A stretch of DNA of 64,000 nucleotides from Eledone cirrhosa (lineage: Eukaryota), in NCBI GenBank assembly GCA_964016885.1, contig OZ024745.1, forward strand, positions 20,274,001-20,338,000, read 5' to 3'. The first letter of the stretch is position 1; the number at the start of each line of letters is the position of its first letter. Below, one piece after another: positions 1 through 14,600 of the stretch. The notes beneath the pieces are model-generated. The model did not search any database, had not been told where the DNA came from, and saw nothing but the letters and a program-made list of their open reading frames with translations. The translations under genes and the position numbers were made by a program.

Positions 1-366
1 CTTCTCCCCCTCTCTCACTTCCTCCCGTTTGACCTGCGTGAAATCCTTTTCTCGCTCACATCTCACCCATGTCGGATGGTCTGTATCTCTCGTCCATGAA
101 TTCACCAAGCTTAAGCTTACAGATATCATGTACTTGTCTCTTCCTATCTTTCCGTTGCAATACCATCGTTGTTTGTTTCCATGTCTCACTCGTTTCACCC
201 TATGTTACTTGTCCCAATAACTTTATTTAGTTATTGCTCGCACCAACCAGAGGTATATGATTTTTAAAGCGATGAAATACCAATGAAGGTTAGAAGATCA
301 AAGATTAATGACTAATTTTATTCATATGTAACCCATGTGCAACCACGCAGCACTCCATTTTTCTCA

Positions 367-403
<37 letters not shown>

Positions 404-832
404 TACAATAATTTCTATACTTTTCATATATATATATATATATACATACGTATGGTAGGAGAGAGAGAGGAAGTGTATAGCTGAGTCGCAGTGTCCTTCA
501 ATATAAGTATAAATATATAAATATATTTTTGTGTTAGGTTTTGGTTACCTTTTTCTCATTCCAACGACTTCCCACCCAAACCCATAATTTTCTTCTCCCA
601 TTTCACACAGGCACCATTTCATCCCAACACACAGCACCACTCAGGATCCCTACCAATATTACCTGCCACCGACACCACCACCACCACCACCATACATAAC
701 AACCCTATATATATATATATACGTTAGGAGATATCGACTATATTTGCAATGGAAGCTTTGACGCCAAACACTCTTCTCTAACGTTCCATCTTGAACGATA
801 GAGAAAAAAACAACCCAAACTATACATACATA

Positions 833-872
<40 letters not shown>

Positions 873-931
873 CATACACACACACATATATATATACACA
901 TGCATATATTTATATAACCACCACCACCACC

Positions 932-963
<32 letters not shown>

Positions 964-1051
964 ATTTAACCAATTCATTTGAAATTTTTTTATCTCGCTT
1001 TGCTTTATGTTATCGGTTTCGGATATAACGTGTTGTTGTTGTTGTTGTTGC

Positions 1052-1127
<76 letters not shown>

Positions 1128-1223
1128 CTTCTTCTTCTTCTTCTTCTTCTTCTTCTTCTTCTTCTTCTTCTTCTTCTTCTTCTTCTTCCATATTAGCGTC
1201 CATTTTTCTTCCGATTTCTGTTT

Positions 1224-1274
<51 letters not shown>

Positions 1275-1281
1275 CACACAA

Positions 1282-1321
<40 letters not shown>

Positions 1322-1331
1322 TTACACACAA

Positions 1332-1373
<42 letters not shown>

Positions 1374-1619
1374 TTTCCATCCCTTTTCATCATCTCTTCC
1401 GTTTTGCCTTGCACCCCCCTTCGCCTCTCCCCAACCTCTATCTCTTCTTACCTCCCTTTCTTCCCTCTCTACGATTAGCGATAACGTTTAGAGATAACTC
1501 GACCATCACTGATAGCATTCACATCAATTTTAATTATTTTGTTTTTAATGTTACCTTCGCTTTGCTTTTGCTGTTCGCTTCTTGTTACCTTCATTCATTG
1601 ATTTATATATTTATCTACT

Positions 1620-1777
<158 letters not shown>

Positions 1778-2200
1778 TTATTTATATATATATTTATCTC
1801 TCTCTCTATATATTTTTTTCTCATATATACTTATATACGCATACGTATACAAGTGTTTATTTGTCTGTTTAAGAACGAGTCTGTGTGTGACGTCTGTGTG
1901 TGACGTCTGTGTGTGTGTGTGTGTGTGTGTATGTATATGTGTGTGTATGTGACAATGTGTGTCAGTGTGTGTGTGTGTGAGAATATGCGCGTGTATATGT
2001 TTATTATCAGTTCCGGTCACGTTGTTAGACGTGTGATGATAGCTGCTCGTAATAATTTGGGGAGAAAAACATACTTATGTAATATATATGTATAAACACA
2101 TATTTAATATATATATGTATATGTGTGTGTATGTGACAATGTGTGTCAGTGTGTGTGTGTGTGAGAGAATATATGTGTGTGTGAGAATATGCTTATATAT

Positions 2201-2252
<52 letters not shown>

Positions 2253-2290
2253 ACATATCTAATGTATATATATGTATAAACACATATTTA

Positions 2291-2430
<140 letters not shown>

Positions 2431-2481
2431 ACATATCTAATGTATATATATGTATAAACACATATTTAATATATATATATG

Positions 2482-2521
<40 letters not shown>

Positions 2522-2585
2522 AACACATATCTAATGTATATATATGTATAAACACATTTAATATATATATATATATAAACACATA

Positions 2586-2640
<55 letters not shown>

Positions 2641-3053
2641 TATGTATGTAATATGTATGGGCACACATATTCATATGCAATATGCATATGCATAACTATA
2701 AGTATGTATATAGATGTATGTATACGTATATATATATGTGTGTGTGTGTTTATACATTTTTATGCACACATGCACGCAGAGACAACCATATAAATATGCA
2801 ACCATATTCATAAATGTATATTGGTAAGAATTCCACACCTATTTACAGTAAAAAGAAGAATATACACACATATACACCCATCTATACATCTATATATATA
2901 TTCAAAAATATACATTGACTTATATATACGTAAATATGTTAACTATCGTTCGATCAGTGTATATAAATACCTAAAGAGTAATACATGTTTATAAATATGT
3001 ATGTTCACCTAAATATATATATATATATGTATGTTTGTATTTATTGTATATAT

Positions 3054-3205
<152 letters not shown>

Positions 3206-3273
3206 GAGTTTATAAATACTAAAACTGATGTCAGTTTTTATATGTACATTTATATGCATTTTAAGTTTAGATG

Positions 3274-3340
<67 letters not shown>

Positions 3341-3471
3341 TTTTATATAAGCATGTACAAGCATACATATATTTTGTATGTTGTGTATATGTATGAATAT
3401 ATAATATTCACAATACTTATAAGAAAATATATTTAAATAGAAATGTATCATCCACATAGTTATTGATACAT

Positions 3472-4077
3472 GGTGGCTGCCAACTCGTTTTCGAGTACGG
3501 CCACTACTTTATATCCATGTAGGAGAACCCCTACCGATGCGCTGAACGAGTGTGACTTTTCAGTCCGGCCAGCGACTTGAAAACTTTGGTACAAACACTA
3601 CACTTGTGACAATTATTGACACATAGTGCTGGACCCATGGTACCATGTGACGACAAGTGCAGAGAGATCTCCAGATATAAAGCAATGCCTGTGCCCTGAA
3701 GCTTTTATAGTGAGCAAAGGCACTGCACAAAGCCATTCCCACTCTCTTAACCAAGATGATATTTACCAAAAACAAGAACAAGTCAACATCATTGGATATC
3801 ATCAGGGTTGCAGGTGTTATATCAGAGTTTTCCTTCTAGAATTCTGCCTTGACAAAGGCTAAGGGGTCATCTCTCCCGGTGATTTTGGAAGGCCATTGAC
3901 TCTTAAGAGTTCTTTTGCCCTTTGACAGGTTTTGTTTTTAGTCCTGCAGGATGTCCAAAGTCACCCTCCTCACCAAGAAACCTTGGTGGGGTTGCCAGTT
4001 TAGTCGCCAACGACCCGACCATGGGACAGGTTGTACTGGGATACATGTTACCAGTAGCACCAACTGGTGACCTGACA
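3472..4077 (-). mobile_element. Non-autonomous RTE-derived retroelement (~600 bp), copy 1
   Basis: Near-identical to copies at 7191, 7831, 21093 and 22318. The family carries an RTE 5'UTR-like motif (tctaggagaaggaaaactctgat), a C2H2 zinc-finger relic, a 3' ctcg-aaaa-cgag hairpin and a (TATG)n tail. 11-bp TSD tattgatacat at 3461-3471 and 4078-4088. Confidence 0.8.
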
Positions 4078-4175
4078 TATTGATACATACATACATACAT
4101 ACATACATACATACATACATACATACATACATACATACATACATACATACATACATACATACATACATACATACA

Positions 4176-7077
4176 TTGTTATATGTTTCAGCTGTCACAT
4201 TGCTATCATATAACACACATCTAAAACCACGCAATCAAGATACAAACAAAAAGCCTGAACCAGCGTGGATGCGAAATTTAAAAAGCAAAATTTTGTCCCT
4301 GAGACGAAGTATCTCACACATCGCAGTCGTTATGAAATGCAACATAGAGAGCAACTTCACACGATACCAGGAAGACCTAAAAAAAAAGTTAGAGAGACGA
4401 TTTGGAGATACAAAATTTAAAACTTTGAACTCCAAATTACACCAGTTGAAACAACAACTCACAGCTACAACAGAAAGACTAAAATATAAGCCAACAGCAC
4501 ATAAACGACAAGTGCTCAATAGATTGTTTGCCAGAGATCCTAAATCAGTTTATCGCAGCTTCGGTGGCAAAAGCTCAATCCCTGTAAATGACACCCCTTC
4601 AAAAGAACAGGTTGAGAGCTACTGGAGATCTGTATGGGAAACGGATGACGGATTAAACAGACAAACTAATTGGCTAAAAGAACTGGAACAGGACTACTGC
4701 CAACATGTCCAGACAAAACAATATGACATAGATGGGTCAATACTGGAAACAGCTCTACAGAAAATGTCGAATAGGAAATCGCCAGGCCCAGACCTCATTA
4801 CAGGATACTGGTTGAAGAATTTCACTTTCTATCGACAAGATCTCATACGGCTGTTTACAGAAACCATTAAAGGCACACAAGAACTGCCCAGATGGTTATC
4901 AACTGTCACTACTCTCCTCATTCCCAAAATCACCCTTGCTAAAAGTTACCGCCCAATAGCCTGCCAAAACATCATGTATAAATTATATACTGGGTGCCTT
5001 AACCTGTTCTTACAGGATCACTGTGCTACCAACAACATCATAACACCTGAGCAAGCTGGTGGAAAGAGGGAGGTGTGGGATTGCATAGATCACCTACTAA
5101 CTAATAAAATGATTCAGGAAAAACAACAAAGAATCGCAGAAACATGACTGTGGTGTGGCTGGACTTCAAAAAGCATTTGATAGTGTACCTCATGGGTGGA
5201 TTATTAAGGCTTTACAGTTAGCCAAAGTCCCACAACCATTGGTAGCTGCTGTTGAACGCCTGACCAAGAACTGGTACACCAATTTGATCCTTAGAGGTGA
5301 GAAGGAGCAAGTTTAGACTGATAAGATACATTACCAGAAGGGCATCTTTCAGGGTGATAGCTTGTAAGTGCTACTCTTCGTTCTCTCACTGAAGCCACTA
5401 TCTTACTTACTCAGGAAACAAGGTGGACAAAGAAGTGGGTCCAGAAGTATCTCCCATCTTTTCTTTGTTGATGACCTGAAGTTGTATGGGCCAAATATCA
5501 ATGACATCAAGAAACAATTGGACCTCATTACACAATTTTCAACCGACATCAAAATGAAATTTGGTGAGTCCAAGTGTGCATATTTGGCAGTAAAACGTGG
5601 AAGAGCTGTGCCCTCCTCTAGAAATCTAGAGATGAACGGCCTGACAATACAACCTCTACAGTCAGATGACAACTACATATATCTTGGATAGGAAGAGAAT
5701 GTCAGATATGATGGACCCATACATAAGGAGAGAACCAGAACTGAATACCTCAGAAGAGTAAAGAAAATATGGTCATCAGAACTGTCAGCGTACAACAAAT
5801 ACATTGCCACAATACTTATGCTGTGCCAATTCTAACGCCAACATTTGGCCTGCTGAACTGGTCATTGCAAGAACTAAGTGAGATGGATGTTAGAACTCGC
5901 AAACTTCTCAGTGTTACTGGGAACTTTAACATCAATGGTGATGTGGATAGGCTATAATTCTCACGCAAGGAAGGTGGCAGGGGTCTAAAATCAATATTAA
6001 CAACATATGAGACCCGGATAGTAACACTGAAGCAACACCTTCAACAGAGGAAAAAGGTTGGCAACCATCTTGCCCAGGTTTATGAGCATGAAAAAAAAAT
6101 TATCATTAGAATAGCGACTGATCTGTAGGAGAGATATGGAATAAAGCGTGATATAAATCTATCACCCATAGAAACCGGAAATCCTATTCAATGTTCAAAC
6201 AAGTTAAAAAATTGACCAATTTACAGAAAAAGTTGTACATGGATACTTGAGACGTAAAACACAGACTATAGAGGGGATAAACCACTCAAAAAGCCTGGCA
6301 TGGAGTTCCGACAAGTTTATGACATCACACCTTGAGGGATATCTCTATGCAATACAGGAACAAGAACTCCCTACCAAATATCTGCTGCACAAAAGAGGAG
6401 GGCCAGCAGCTGACAATAAATGTAGGCTATGTAAAACAAAGATCGAGGATGTAAGCCACATTGTTGCCAGCTGCGAAAGAATGTCATCTCGCTACTACCT
6501 CCGCATGAGACACGATGGGATAGCTAGAACCATCTGGAACGCACTTCGGAAAACAAAATTAACAACAAACGAGGAAGAATATATTGAGACAGATGGCACT
6601 AAGGAATACTGGTGGAACCTGAAAATAAAAACTGCCACCAAATTAAAGCACAACCGGCCTGAATATTGTTGTTTGGGACCACACATTGAAAACGTGTTCT
6701 GTTGTGGAGATCAGCTGCCCACTTGATGTAAACGTTGTCAGAAAAATACAGGAGAAGGAGGACATCTACGGACCATTGATGAGGAGTTTACAAATCCAGT
6801 ATCCAAGATACACCTTTAGCTTCATACCCATCATTATTGGAGCTACGGGTTATATACCAACCCGCTTGGACCAAAGTATGACTGAACTTGGATTTGCGGA
6901 CAAAAAGCGCAGCTCCCTAATTCATCGTCTACAAATGGCTGCGATAGCTGGCACCTTCAACATTTGCAAAACATTCTTACGATTCAAGGGATGACAATTT
7001 TTTTCTTTTACAACCTTGCCACCAGGAAGGTGGCCAGTCAAAAAAAAAAATACTCGAAATTAAGAGAAAGAGATAAC
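4176..7077 (+). pseudogene. 5'-truncated, frameshifted R4/Dong-clade non-LTR retrotransposon (RT, CCHC knuckle, restriction-like endonuclease)
   Basis: ORF pieces 4080-5147, 5368-5691, 5769-5957, 6247-6726 and 6686-6994. RT motifs KSPGPD, YRPIAC, EQAG, AFDSVPH, GIFQGDSL and HLFFVDDLKLY. CRLCKTKIEDVSHIVASC knuckle; RHD, KHNRP and VEISCP endonuclease motifs. Flanked by (CATA)n on both sides. Confidence 0.9.
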
Positions 7078-7190
7078 ATACATACATACATACATATATA
7101 CATAGACACAAACACATGTATTCATATTTCCATGCACATATACATACATACTTACATATATACATATATAATTACTTACATACATACATA

Positions 7191-7816
7191 CATGGTGGCT
7201 GCCAACTCGTTTTCGAGTACGGCCACTACTTTATATCTTTGTAGGAGAACCCTACCGATGCGCTGAACGAGTGTGACTTTTTAGTCCAGCCAGCGACTTG
7301 AAAACTCTGGTACAAACACTACACCTGTGACAATTATTGACACATAGTGCTGGGCCCATGGTTCCATGTGACGACAAGTGCAGAGAGATCTCCAGATATA
7401 AAGCAATGCCTGTGCCGTGAAGCTTTTATAGTGAGCAAAGGCACTGCACAAAGCCAGTCCCACTCTCTTCACCAAGATGATATTTACCAAAAACAAGAAC
7501 AAGTCAACATCATTGGATACCATCAGGGTTGCAGGTGTTATATCAGAGTTTTCCTTCTCCTAGAATTCTGCCTTGACAAAGGCTAAGGGGTCTTCTCTCC
7601 CGGTGATTTTGGATGGCCATTGACTCTTAAGAGGTCCTTTGCCCTTTGACAGGTTTTGTTTTTAGTCCTGCAGGATGTCCAAAGTCACCCTCCTCACCAA
7701 GAAACCTTGGTGAGGAGGGTGACTTTGTCCGGTCGTTGGCGACTAAACTGGCAACCCCACCAAGAAACCTTGTACTGGGATACATGTTACCAGTAGCACC
7801 AACTGGTGACCTGGCA
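7191..7816 (-). mobile_element. Non-autonomous RTE-derived element, copy 2 (internal micro-inversion)
   Basis: Aligns by eye to copy 1 except for the rearranged segment 7680-7770. Confidence 0.8.
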
Positions 7817-7830
7817 TACATACATACATA

Positions 7831-8442
7831 CATGGTGGCTGCCAACTCGTTTTCGAGTACGGCCACTACTTCATATCCATGTAGGAGAACCCTTACCGAT
7901 GCGCTGAACGAGTGTGACTTTTTAGTCCAGCCAGCGACTTGAAAACTCTGTTACAAACACTACACTTGTGACAATTATTGACACATAGTGCTGGGCCCAT
8001 GGTACCATGTGACAACAAGTGCAGAGAGATCTCCAGATATAAAGCAATGCCTGTGCCGTGAAGCTTTTATAGTGAGCAAAGGCACTGCACAAAGCCAGTC
8101 CCACTCTCTTAACCAAGCTGATATTTACCAAAAAGAAGAACAAGTCAACATCATTGGATACCATCAGGGTTGCAGGTGTTATATCAGAGTTTTCCTTCTC
8201 CTAGAATTCTGCCTTGACAAAGGCTAAGGGGTCATCTCTCCCGGTGATTTTGGATGGCCATTGACTCTTAAGAGTTCCTTTGCCCTTTGACAGGTTTTGT
8301 TTTTAGTCCTGCAGGATGTCCAAAGTCACCCTCCTCACCAAGAAACCTTGGTGGGGTTGCCAGTTTAGTCGCCAACGACCCGACCATGAGACAGGTTGTA
8401 CTGGGATACATGTTACCAGTAGCACCAACTGGTGACCTGACA
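7831..8442 (-). mobile_element. Non-autonomous RTE-derived element, copy 3
   Basis: In tandem with copy 2, separated by a short (CATA)n tract. Confidence 0.8.
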
Positions 8443-8459
8443 TAACATACATACATACA

Positions 8460-8493
<34 letters not shown>

Positions 8494-8703
8494 CATACAT
8501 AAATACACATACACAAACACATGCATACATATATGTATACACATATACATACATACACATATGCATACATAACATACATATATACACAGATACAAACACA
8601 TGCATACATATATACATACATACGCACTTACATACATATACACATTCATATGCACATACATACATACGCACATACATGCATACATACACACATACATATC
8701 TAT

Positions 8704-8784
<81 letters not shown>

Positions 8785-9316
8785 GTTAATATAAATTAAT
8801 ATATGATAAACACAAAAGTGTTTGTATTGTAAAAGACGAAGTTAGCTAGAATGAAATAAACTAATTCAAATAAATATAGTTTGCCTGTCTCGATTTAAAA
8901 TAATAAATCTATAAAAACAAACCCATATTGGCAAATAGCCGTGGTACCTGGACAAATTTGAATTTCAAAATCCAAACCTGTTCCGCAGATAAATCCGAAT
9001 TTCGAAATCCAAATAAGTTTCGCAACGATAGTATAAAAAGTGAAATATTCCAATTTTCTGTGCTTATCAACAGGTACCCAGAAAAATTAGAATGTTTCAC
9101 CTCTAAAAAATTTTGGAGGTCTGGTTCACGAGCGCAAACGCACGAGGTTTTTGCACGAGGTTTTTCCAGCTCACTAGCTATCTCATATTCATGGCGCTAG
9201 AAATAACAGCCGTTTATATGGCATTAAAAATTAGCTCAACAGAAGAAGCAGTAATATTATATTATATATATATATATATAAGTATTAATAAAATAGATGT
9301 TCTTTTGATCAATTAC

Positions 9317-9369
9317 ATTTTATTATACATATTTCGGATGTACATCAGTATGTCCTCATCAGACAAAAT
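9317..9369 (-). ncRNA. Minimal type I hammerhead ribozyme (inverted copy)
   Basis: Reverse complement of 9505-9557 with intact CTGATGA/GAAA/TA core. Confidence 0.7.
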
Positions 9370-9504
9370 ATAATGATACATGACATACCCTGAGATGTTA
9401 AATGGTCAAGATTTAATCAAGGTAGTATATACGCATGTACAAGCATACATACCTTGATTAAATCTTAACCATTTAACATCTCAGGGTATGTCATGTATCA
9501 TTAT

Positions 9505-9557
9505 ATTTTGTCTGATGAGGACGTACTGTTGTACATCCGAAATATGTATAATAAAAT
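9505..9557 (+). ncRNA. Minimal type I hammerhead ribozyme
   Basis: attttgt-CTGATGA-ggacgtac tgtt gtacatcc-GAAA-tatgta-TA-ataaaat. Stems I and II pair; stem III is very short. Confidence 0.75.
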
Positions 9558-10312
9558 GTAATTGATCAAAAGAACATCTATTTCATTAATACTTATATAT
9601 TAATAACTCCTGAAATTTTACCGTTGAGTGCTTCCAATCTACTGTAAAACTCATTCTTTGACATAATCATCGAATATTGTTTAACAACTTAATACTTATA
9701 TATATATATATATATATTAAACACAAACACACATGTATATTGGCATCAGTATATACAACACAACCACAAATAACATGTGTGCACATATATACGTAGCGCA
9801 TGCGCACACAACACCACACAATTAACTACACACATATTGCTATACAACACCGTAACAATACACACACATATTTTTCACACATACATGCATATACTTACAC
9901 ACACGGTCTACAAAAATACACCAACATACCACTATACACAAAACACACATATAGAATAAGTTAAACACACATACATATCAACATGGCGAAACACACTCAT
10001 ACACAAATATCAAGACATACATTGTATAAATACATGCAATCTTGTACAGCTTTCCCTTACACACAGAAACATTCATATACATTAGGTTCATGCTTATCTC
10101 CCTTTACGTTCTCCTTTACTTGAGAGCGTTTTCTTTTTTTTATCCGTACATTCGGTCAATTTTAACATGGTTTGATGTAAAAGGCATATGTGGATATTTC
10201 CAAGTTTCTTCTATTTATTTGATGAAAAATATTTACATACTCGTATTGTTTCTTTTTTTCTTTCTTACTTCCCCCTCCCCACTCTCTCTCTGTATACACA
10301 CAAACACACTCA

Positions 10313-10410
<98 letters not shown>

Positions 10411-10415
10411 CGCAC

Positions 10416-10479
<64 letters not shown>

Positions 10480-11570
10480 GTCCTAAGTATAACAAAACGA
10501 AGTTTCACATGAATGTTTTTATTTATTATCAACTAGTTACGTACGTTTCACAGATGATTGACTCAAGGTCCATATTTATGCTATATACCTGATTCCAGCA
10601 TCAATCTGCTCCCCAGACTTGTTAATCAAGCTAAAAATAAAATATCTCATTTTTAGCTTCATTAACAAGTCTGGTGAGTATATTGATGCTGGAGTCGGGT
10701 CTATAACACACATAAGGCAATCTTTTGAATGCAAGAGTGCTTTCACATATCGTAGTATATCAGCTCAGCTCTTTCACTTCATAAACCACAAACTGTCGTT
10801 TTGGTTCCTCGCCAAAAGTATCTCTCTCAATTTTAAATACCCAGATATCAGGTTCAAATTTGATCCCCAAACGAAATCGCCAGAGATTGATAAATTTCAG
10901 ATTTGCAGCTTATATAATGGTTCTTGTGTACTGTTCAAGCATACGCTTGGTGTTATTGGAAGTATGTTTATTTCAGACGTATAACTATTGTGTTTTGGTG
11001 TTGTTGAAGAGAACTAGGTTATCATATCTTCAATTGAATGACGTTTACAATGAAGTAGAGCACATCTGGTGTGAGATTGTGTATGGTTATATCATCTGGA
11101 GGAAATCTTGATCCAAATTGATACAAACGGACCAACGGGTTTAAATAATTTCTCCGCAGTTTTCGTAAAGTGGAAAATGGACAGTAAAGGAAACCACAGC
11201 AGAATTTTATTTATTTGTTCTCGAAATAACATCCATTAGGCGTTGAAAAAAAAGGGTCTAATGACCTTTATAGAAGGTGTAGGTTGCAAGCAGATGTTAC
11301 AAGTTACAGGCTTATCTCATTTACTATGATATAAGCAAGGTCATTGAGCAACTGTCCTTGAAAGAAGTAACCTTGTTAGCAGTCAACAATTTCTTCATTG
11401 ACAACCAGTATTCATTGTTATCTTAGGTAGCACCATTTAGAGACAGGATGTACCACCAAACTCCTGAATATTAAAGAAATAACTATGTATGTTATATACA
11501 TGGAATTTACGAAGCCATGTAACAAGATCGAACAGGCATTATTTATATTGGAAAACTCTCTAGGTATATT

Positions 11571-11783
11571 ATAAAAGTTCATAGGCTGACTATGTTCATA
11601 GTTCATAGGCTGACTATGAAGGTGGGATGCAAGAGCTGTAAAATCTTGAATGTATTAATTTCAACTCTTCTTATTAATAACTGCATTGTTTCTTTCTATG
11701 GATTATCTTGAAAAATAAACATCATTTGGTCATTCCATGAGAGTAACTTGGTCAACCTATGGATCTTTCAACCCACCCTCGTA
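11571..11783. mobile_element. Tc1/mariner-type MITE
   Basis: Imperfect TIRs (aaagttcataggctgac / gtcaacctatggatcttt...ccctcgta) ending in TA; related copies at 29443 and 33036. Confidence 0.6.
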
Positions 11784-12445
11784 TGATATGAAATCAACAA
11801 CCGACATCACAAAGGCAATGATTAAACTCTTAAGAAAAAAAATAAAGTCTACGTTCTGGACAGTAGGCCTTTGTCAAGACAAGAAGGAGAGGGAAAGAGA
11901 AAGGGAAATAGAAAGGGAAGGAAATAAAACAGGCTTATTCAGAAGTGTGCCATGCTCGAACGCTAAATACGAAGTCGAAGAATGAAAAGGTTGCTTTTAG
12001 AAAATTAAAGAATGAAAGTGTGACAAGCGAACGTGAAAGAGTGAGAGCAAGCGGGTGAAGTTAACGGCGGTATGTTGCAAGAACATCTATGTTGGGGGCA
12101 TGTTTGTTTGTTTGCGTGTGTGTGTGTATGTGTGGGTGTGTGGGTGTGGGTGTGTGGGTGTGGGTGTGTGGGTGTGTGTGTGTGGGAAAGAACGTGTGTC
12201 CAAATTGAAATCTTTCAGTAAAGATAAGATAATGCAGGATAAGAACGTGTGTGTATGTATGTATGTATGTATGTATGTATGTATGTATGTATGTATGTAT
12301 GATTTGGTATGTATAATTAGGAATATGTGTATATATGTATTTAATTATGTATATATGTATGTAGGTAATTTCATACATATGTATATTTGTGTGTGTGTGT
12401 TTCCACGTATTTCATCATTTTATTTTTTACCAAGATATTTCAAAA

Positions 12446-12562
<117 letters not shown>

Positions 12563-12569
12563 CACACAC

Positions 12570-12616
<47 letters not shown>

Positions 12617-13203
12617 CATATATATATTCCGGGTCAATAATTCCTGTTGGTTGATCTAAGCAATTAACGAATTATAGTGTAATCCACCAAAGCACTCCAC
12701 GTTTAGGTAACCATAAAGGTAAAAACAAGTAGTATGTATATGGAATCTGACAGAGTATTTTATTAAGTAAGAAAAGGAAATTTACATCTTACACTTCCGT
12801 TTATTGACTTACAAAACACCTATTATGCGCATTTCAAAGGCAATTCAATGCTATTATGTAATAGTAAACTAATGCTTAATAGTCAGGCATATGCTGAAGA
12901 TGTAAATAATATTTTTGATTTTAGTTTTAGATATGTCTGCTGTTGATTTTTTTTTTATTTGGTTTATAACAGGCATATGGTATATCATGTTGACAGCAGT
13001 TAGGTGGAGATGATGAGCAGAAGCTGCCTTAATGGTGGCAAGGAGTGAATGTAGCTCTCTGTACGAATAGTATGTCAGTTCAGTTTTGATCAGTACACCA
13101 GGGCTATTAAAGAGACTATAAACAGTTATCCCTACACGTTTTTCTTTATCTATTTTACTATTGATATTTCAGCAATAAACCCCATCTTTATTATCAGTTT
13201 AAA

Positions 13204-13395
13204 GGCGGTGGATTGGCATTATCGGTAGAGGGTCGAACACTATGCTTTGACGCATAGAGTTATGGCCCTTGCCATTTTGAGTTCAAATCCCGCCGGGGTT
13301 AACTTTGCCTTTCATCCTTACGGGATCGATGAAATAAAGTACCAGTAATGCACTGGGTTAATTGCTGGCCTTGTGCCAAAAGTAGAAACAATTAT
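13204..13395 (+). mobile_element. Full-length tRNA-derived SINE of the dominant octopod-type family
   Basis: B-box gagttcaaatccc, central gcctttcatccttac..tcgataaaataaagtaccag-type domain and agtagaaacaattat tail; more than 20 full or partial copies in the window. Confidence 0.85.
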
Positions 13396-13448
13396 CAGTC
13401 TAAAGCCATCAGTGGGTAACCTCGATCATATAATTATTATGATTATAA

Positions 13449-13760
13449 CAAACTCTACAGGCATGGAAGTGCAGTCAGCTGGGCCTGTCCGAGGTGCCCG
13501 CGTGGTGATGAAACCATCCTTTACGCACTCCTCGAGTGTCTGAGTATTGCTGACTTATGTGTTTATATCGAACACCTGTTGTCGCGTGTAGAATTGATCC
13601 AGCTATCAGCTGAGTCCATCGTGAATATTTTCCCACCGCCTTCATTTAGTTGGGAAGGGCAAGCAGTATTTATCTGCCTGGAGGCCATGGTGAAAGAGGT
13701 TATCTGGTCTGAAAGGGTTGAAGGCCACGACTTCCCTCTTCGGCGAAGGATATATGGTTA
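13449..13760 (+). pseudogene. Degraded Tx1/L1-clade ORF2 C-terminal fragment
   Basis: KLYRHG, CPRC and AVFICLEAMVKEVIW motifs; homologous to 51094-51845. Confidence 0.65.
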
Positions 13761-13869
13761 ATTTTAACCTGGATATCTTTATTGAGAGGTAAAACTGGAA
13801 TGTGAGGATTCGTTTAACATTTACGAAACAAGTAAAAGAATAAAAGAACACACACACACACACACCCCC

Positions 13870-14021
<152 letters not shown>

Positions 14022-14339
14022 TTGCATCCGTCATCGCCTCGTACTCCCTCAGAGTGGTGGGTCTCGATGAACTCAGTGTGTTTGGGGCTCCACAGCACAT
14101 ACGAGAGAGACGAGAGAGGGGGTTTAGGGCACCTCTCTTGGTGCTCCCAATTACAACGACGGTATCACATAAAAGCGTGACTAGAGGAGGGCATCCTGAT
14201 GGACTAGACCTATGGCACTGGACAGCTCCGATATAGTTGGCCATTCATTCTGACTACCCCCAACCCGCCCGCCCCGAGGGCAGTCACCAAGCAGCGCTGC
14301 TGGATCCGATCGAAAGCTTTCAGTTGGTCCAACGTTATA

Positions 14340-14600
14340 GCTAGTCTGTGTTTCTCGAACACGGAGGCTCATCAGGCCAGAGCTTATTCTGGTTTCTGTG
14401 GCGTGAAGTGACTGAGAGTACAAGACTTCCCTGGACAGGACGCCAGTCCATTGAAGGGTTAAACTCCCATTTGTGTACTGAAGCAACGTGAAATGATCGT
14501 TTTGTTCAAGAACACAACACACAACCCAGTCAAGGAACCGAACTCACGGCATTATGATCGTAAGTCCAACATCATTACCATTAGGTCACACACCTCCACA
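14340..14600 (-). mobile_element. Second tRNA-derived SINE family (CORE-like body)
   Basis: Reverse complement of gtgttcttgaacaaaac..tttcacgttgct; relatives at 49345, 51870 and 54110. Confidence 0.6.

Larger units (their letters stand above)
9271..9697 (+). mobile_element. Penelope-like pLTR remnant with inverted duplication, inserted in (TA)n
   Basis: Inverted arms ~9271-9424 and 9450-9600, each containing an HHR, followed by a unique extension with an actcc...ttgagtgct motif. Confidence 0.7.

Noticed and set aside
7347-7586. Recurring 78-80-aa ORFs (MLGPW.., MVSND..) as a gene family
   Set aside because: They recur only because the host repeat is multicopy; indels and stops differ among copies.
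9600-9640. Twister ribozyme (UAACUCC...GAG)
   Set aside because: Lacks the P4/L4 and pseudoknot elements required for twister.
13204-13300. SINE heads as tRNA genes
   Set aside because: B-box present but no cloverleaf, and they continue into the SINE body.
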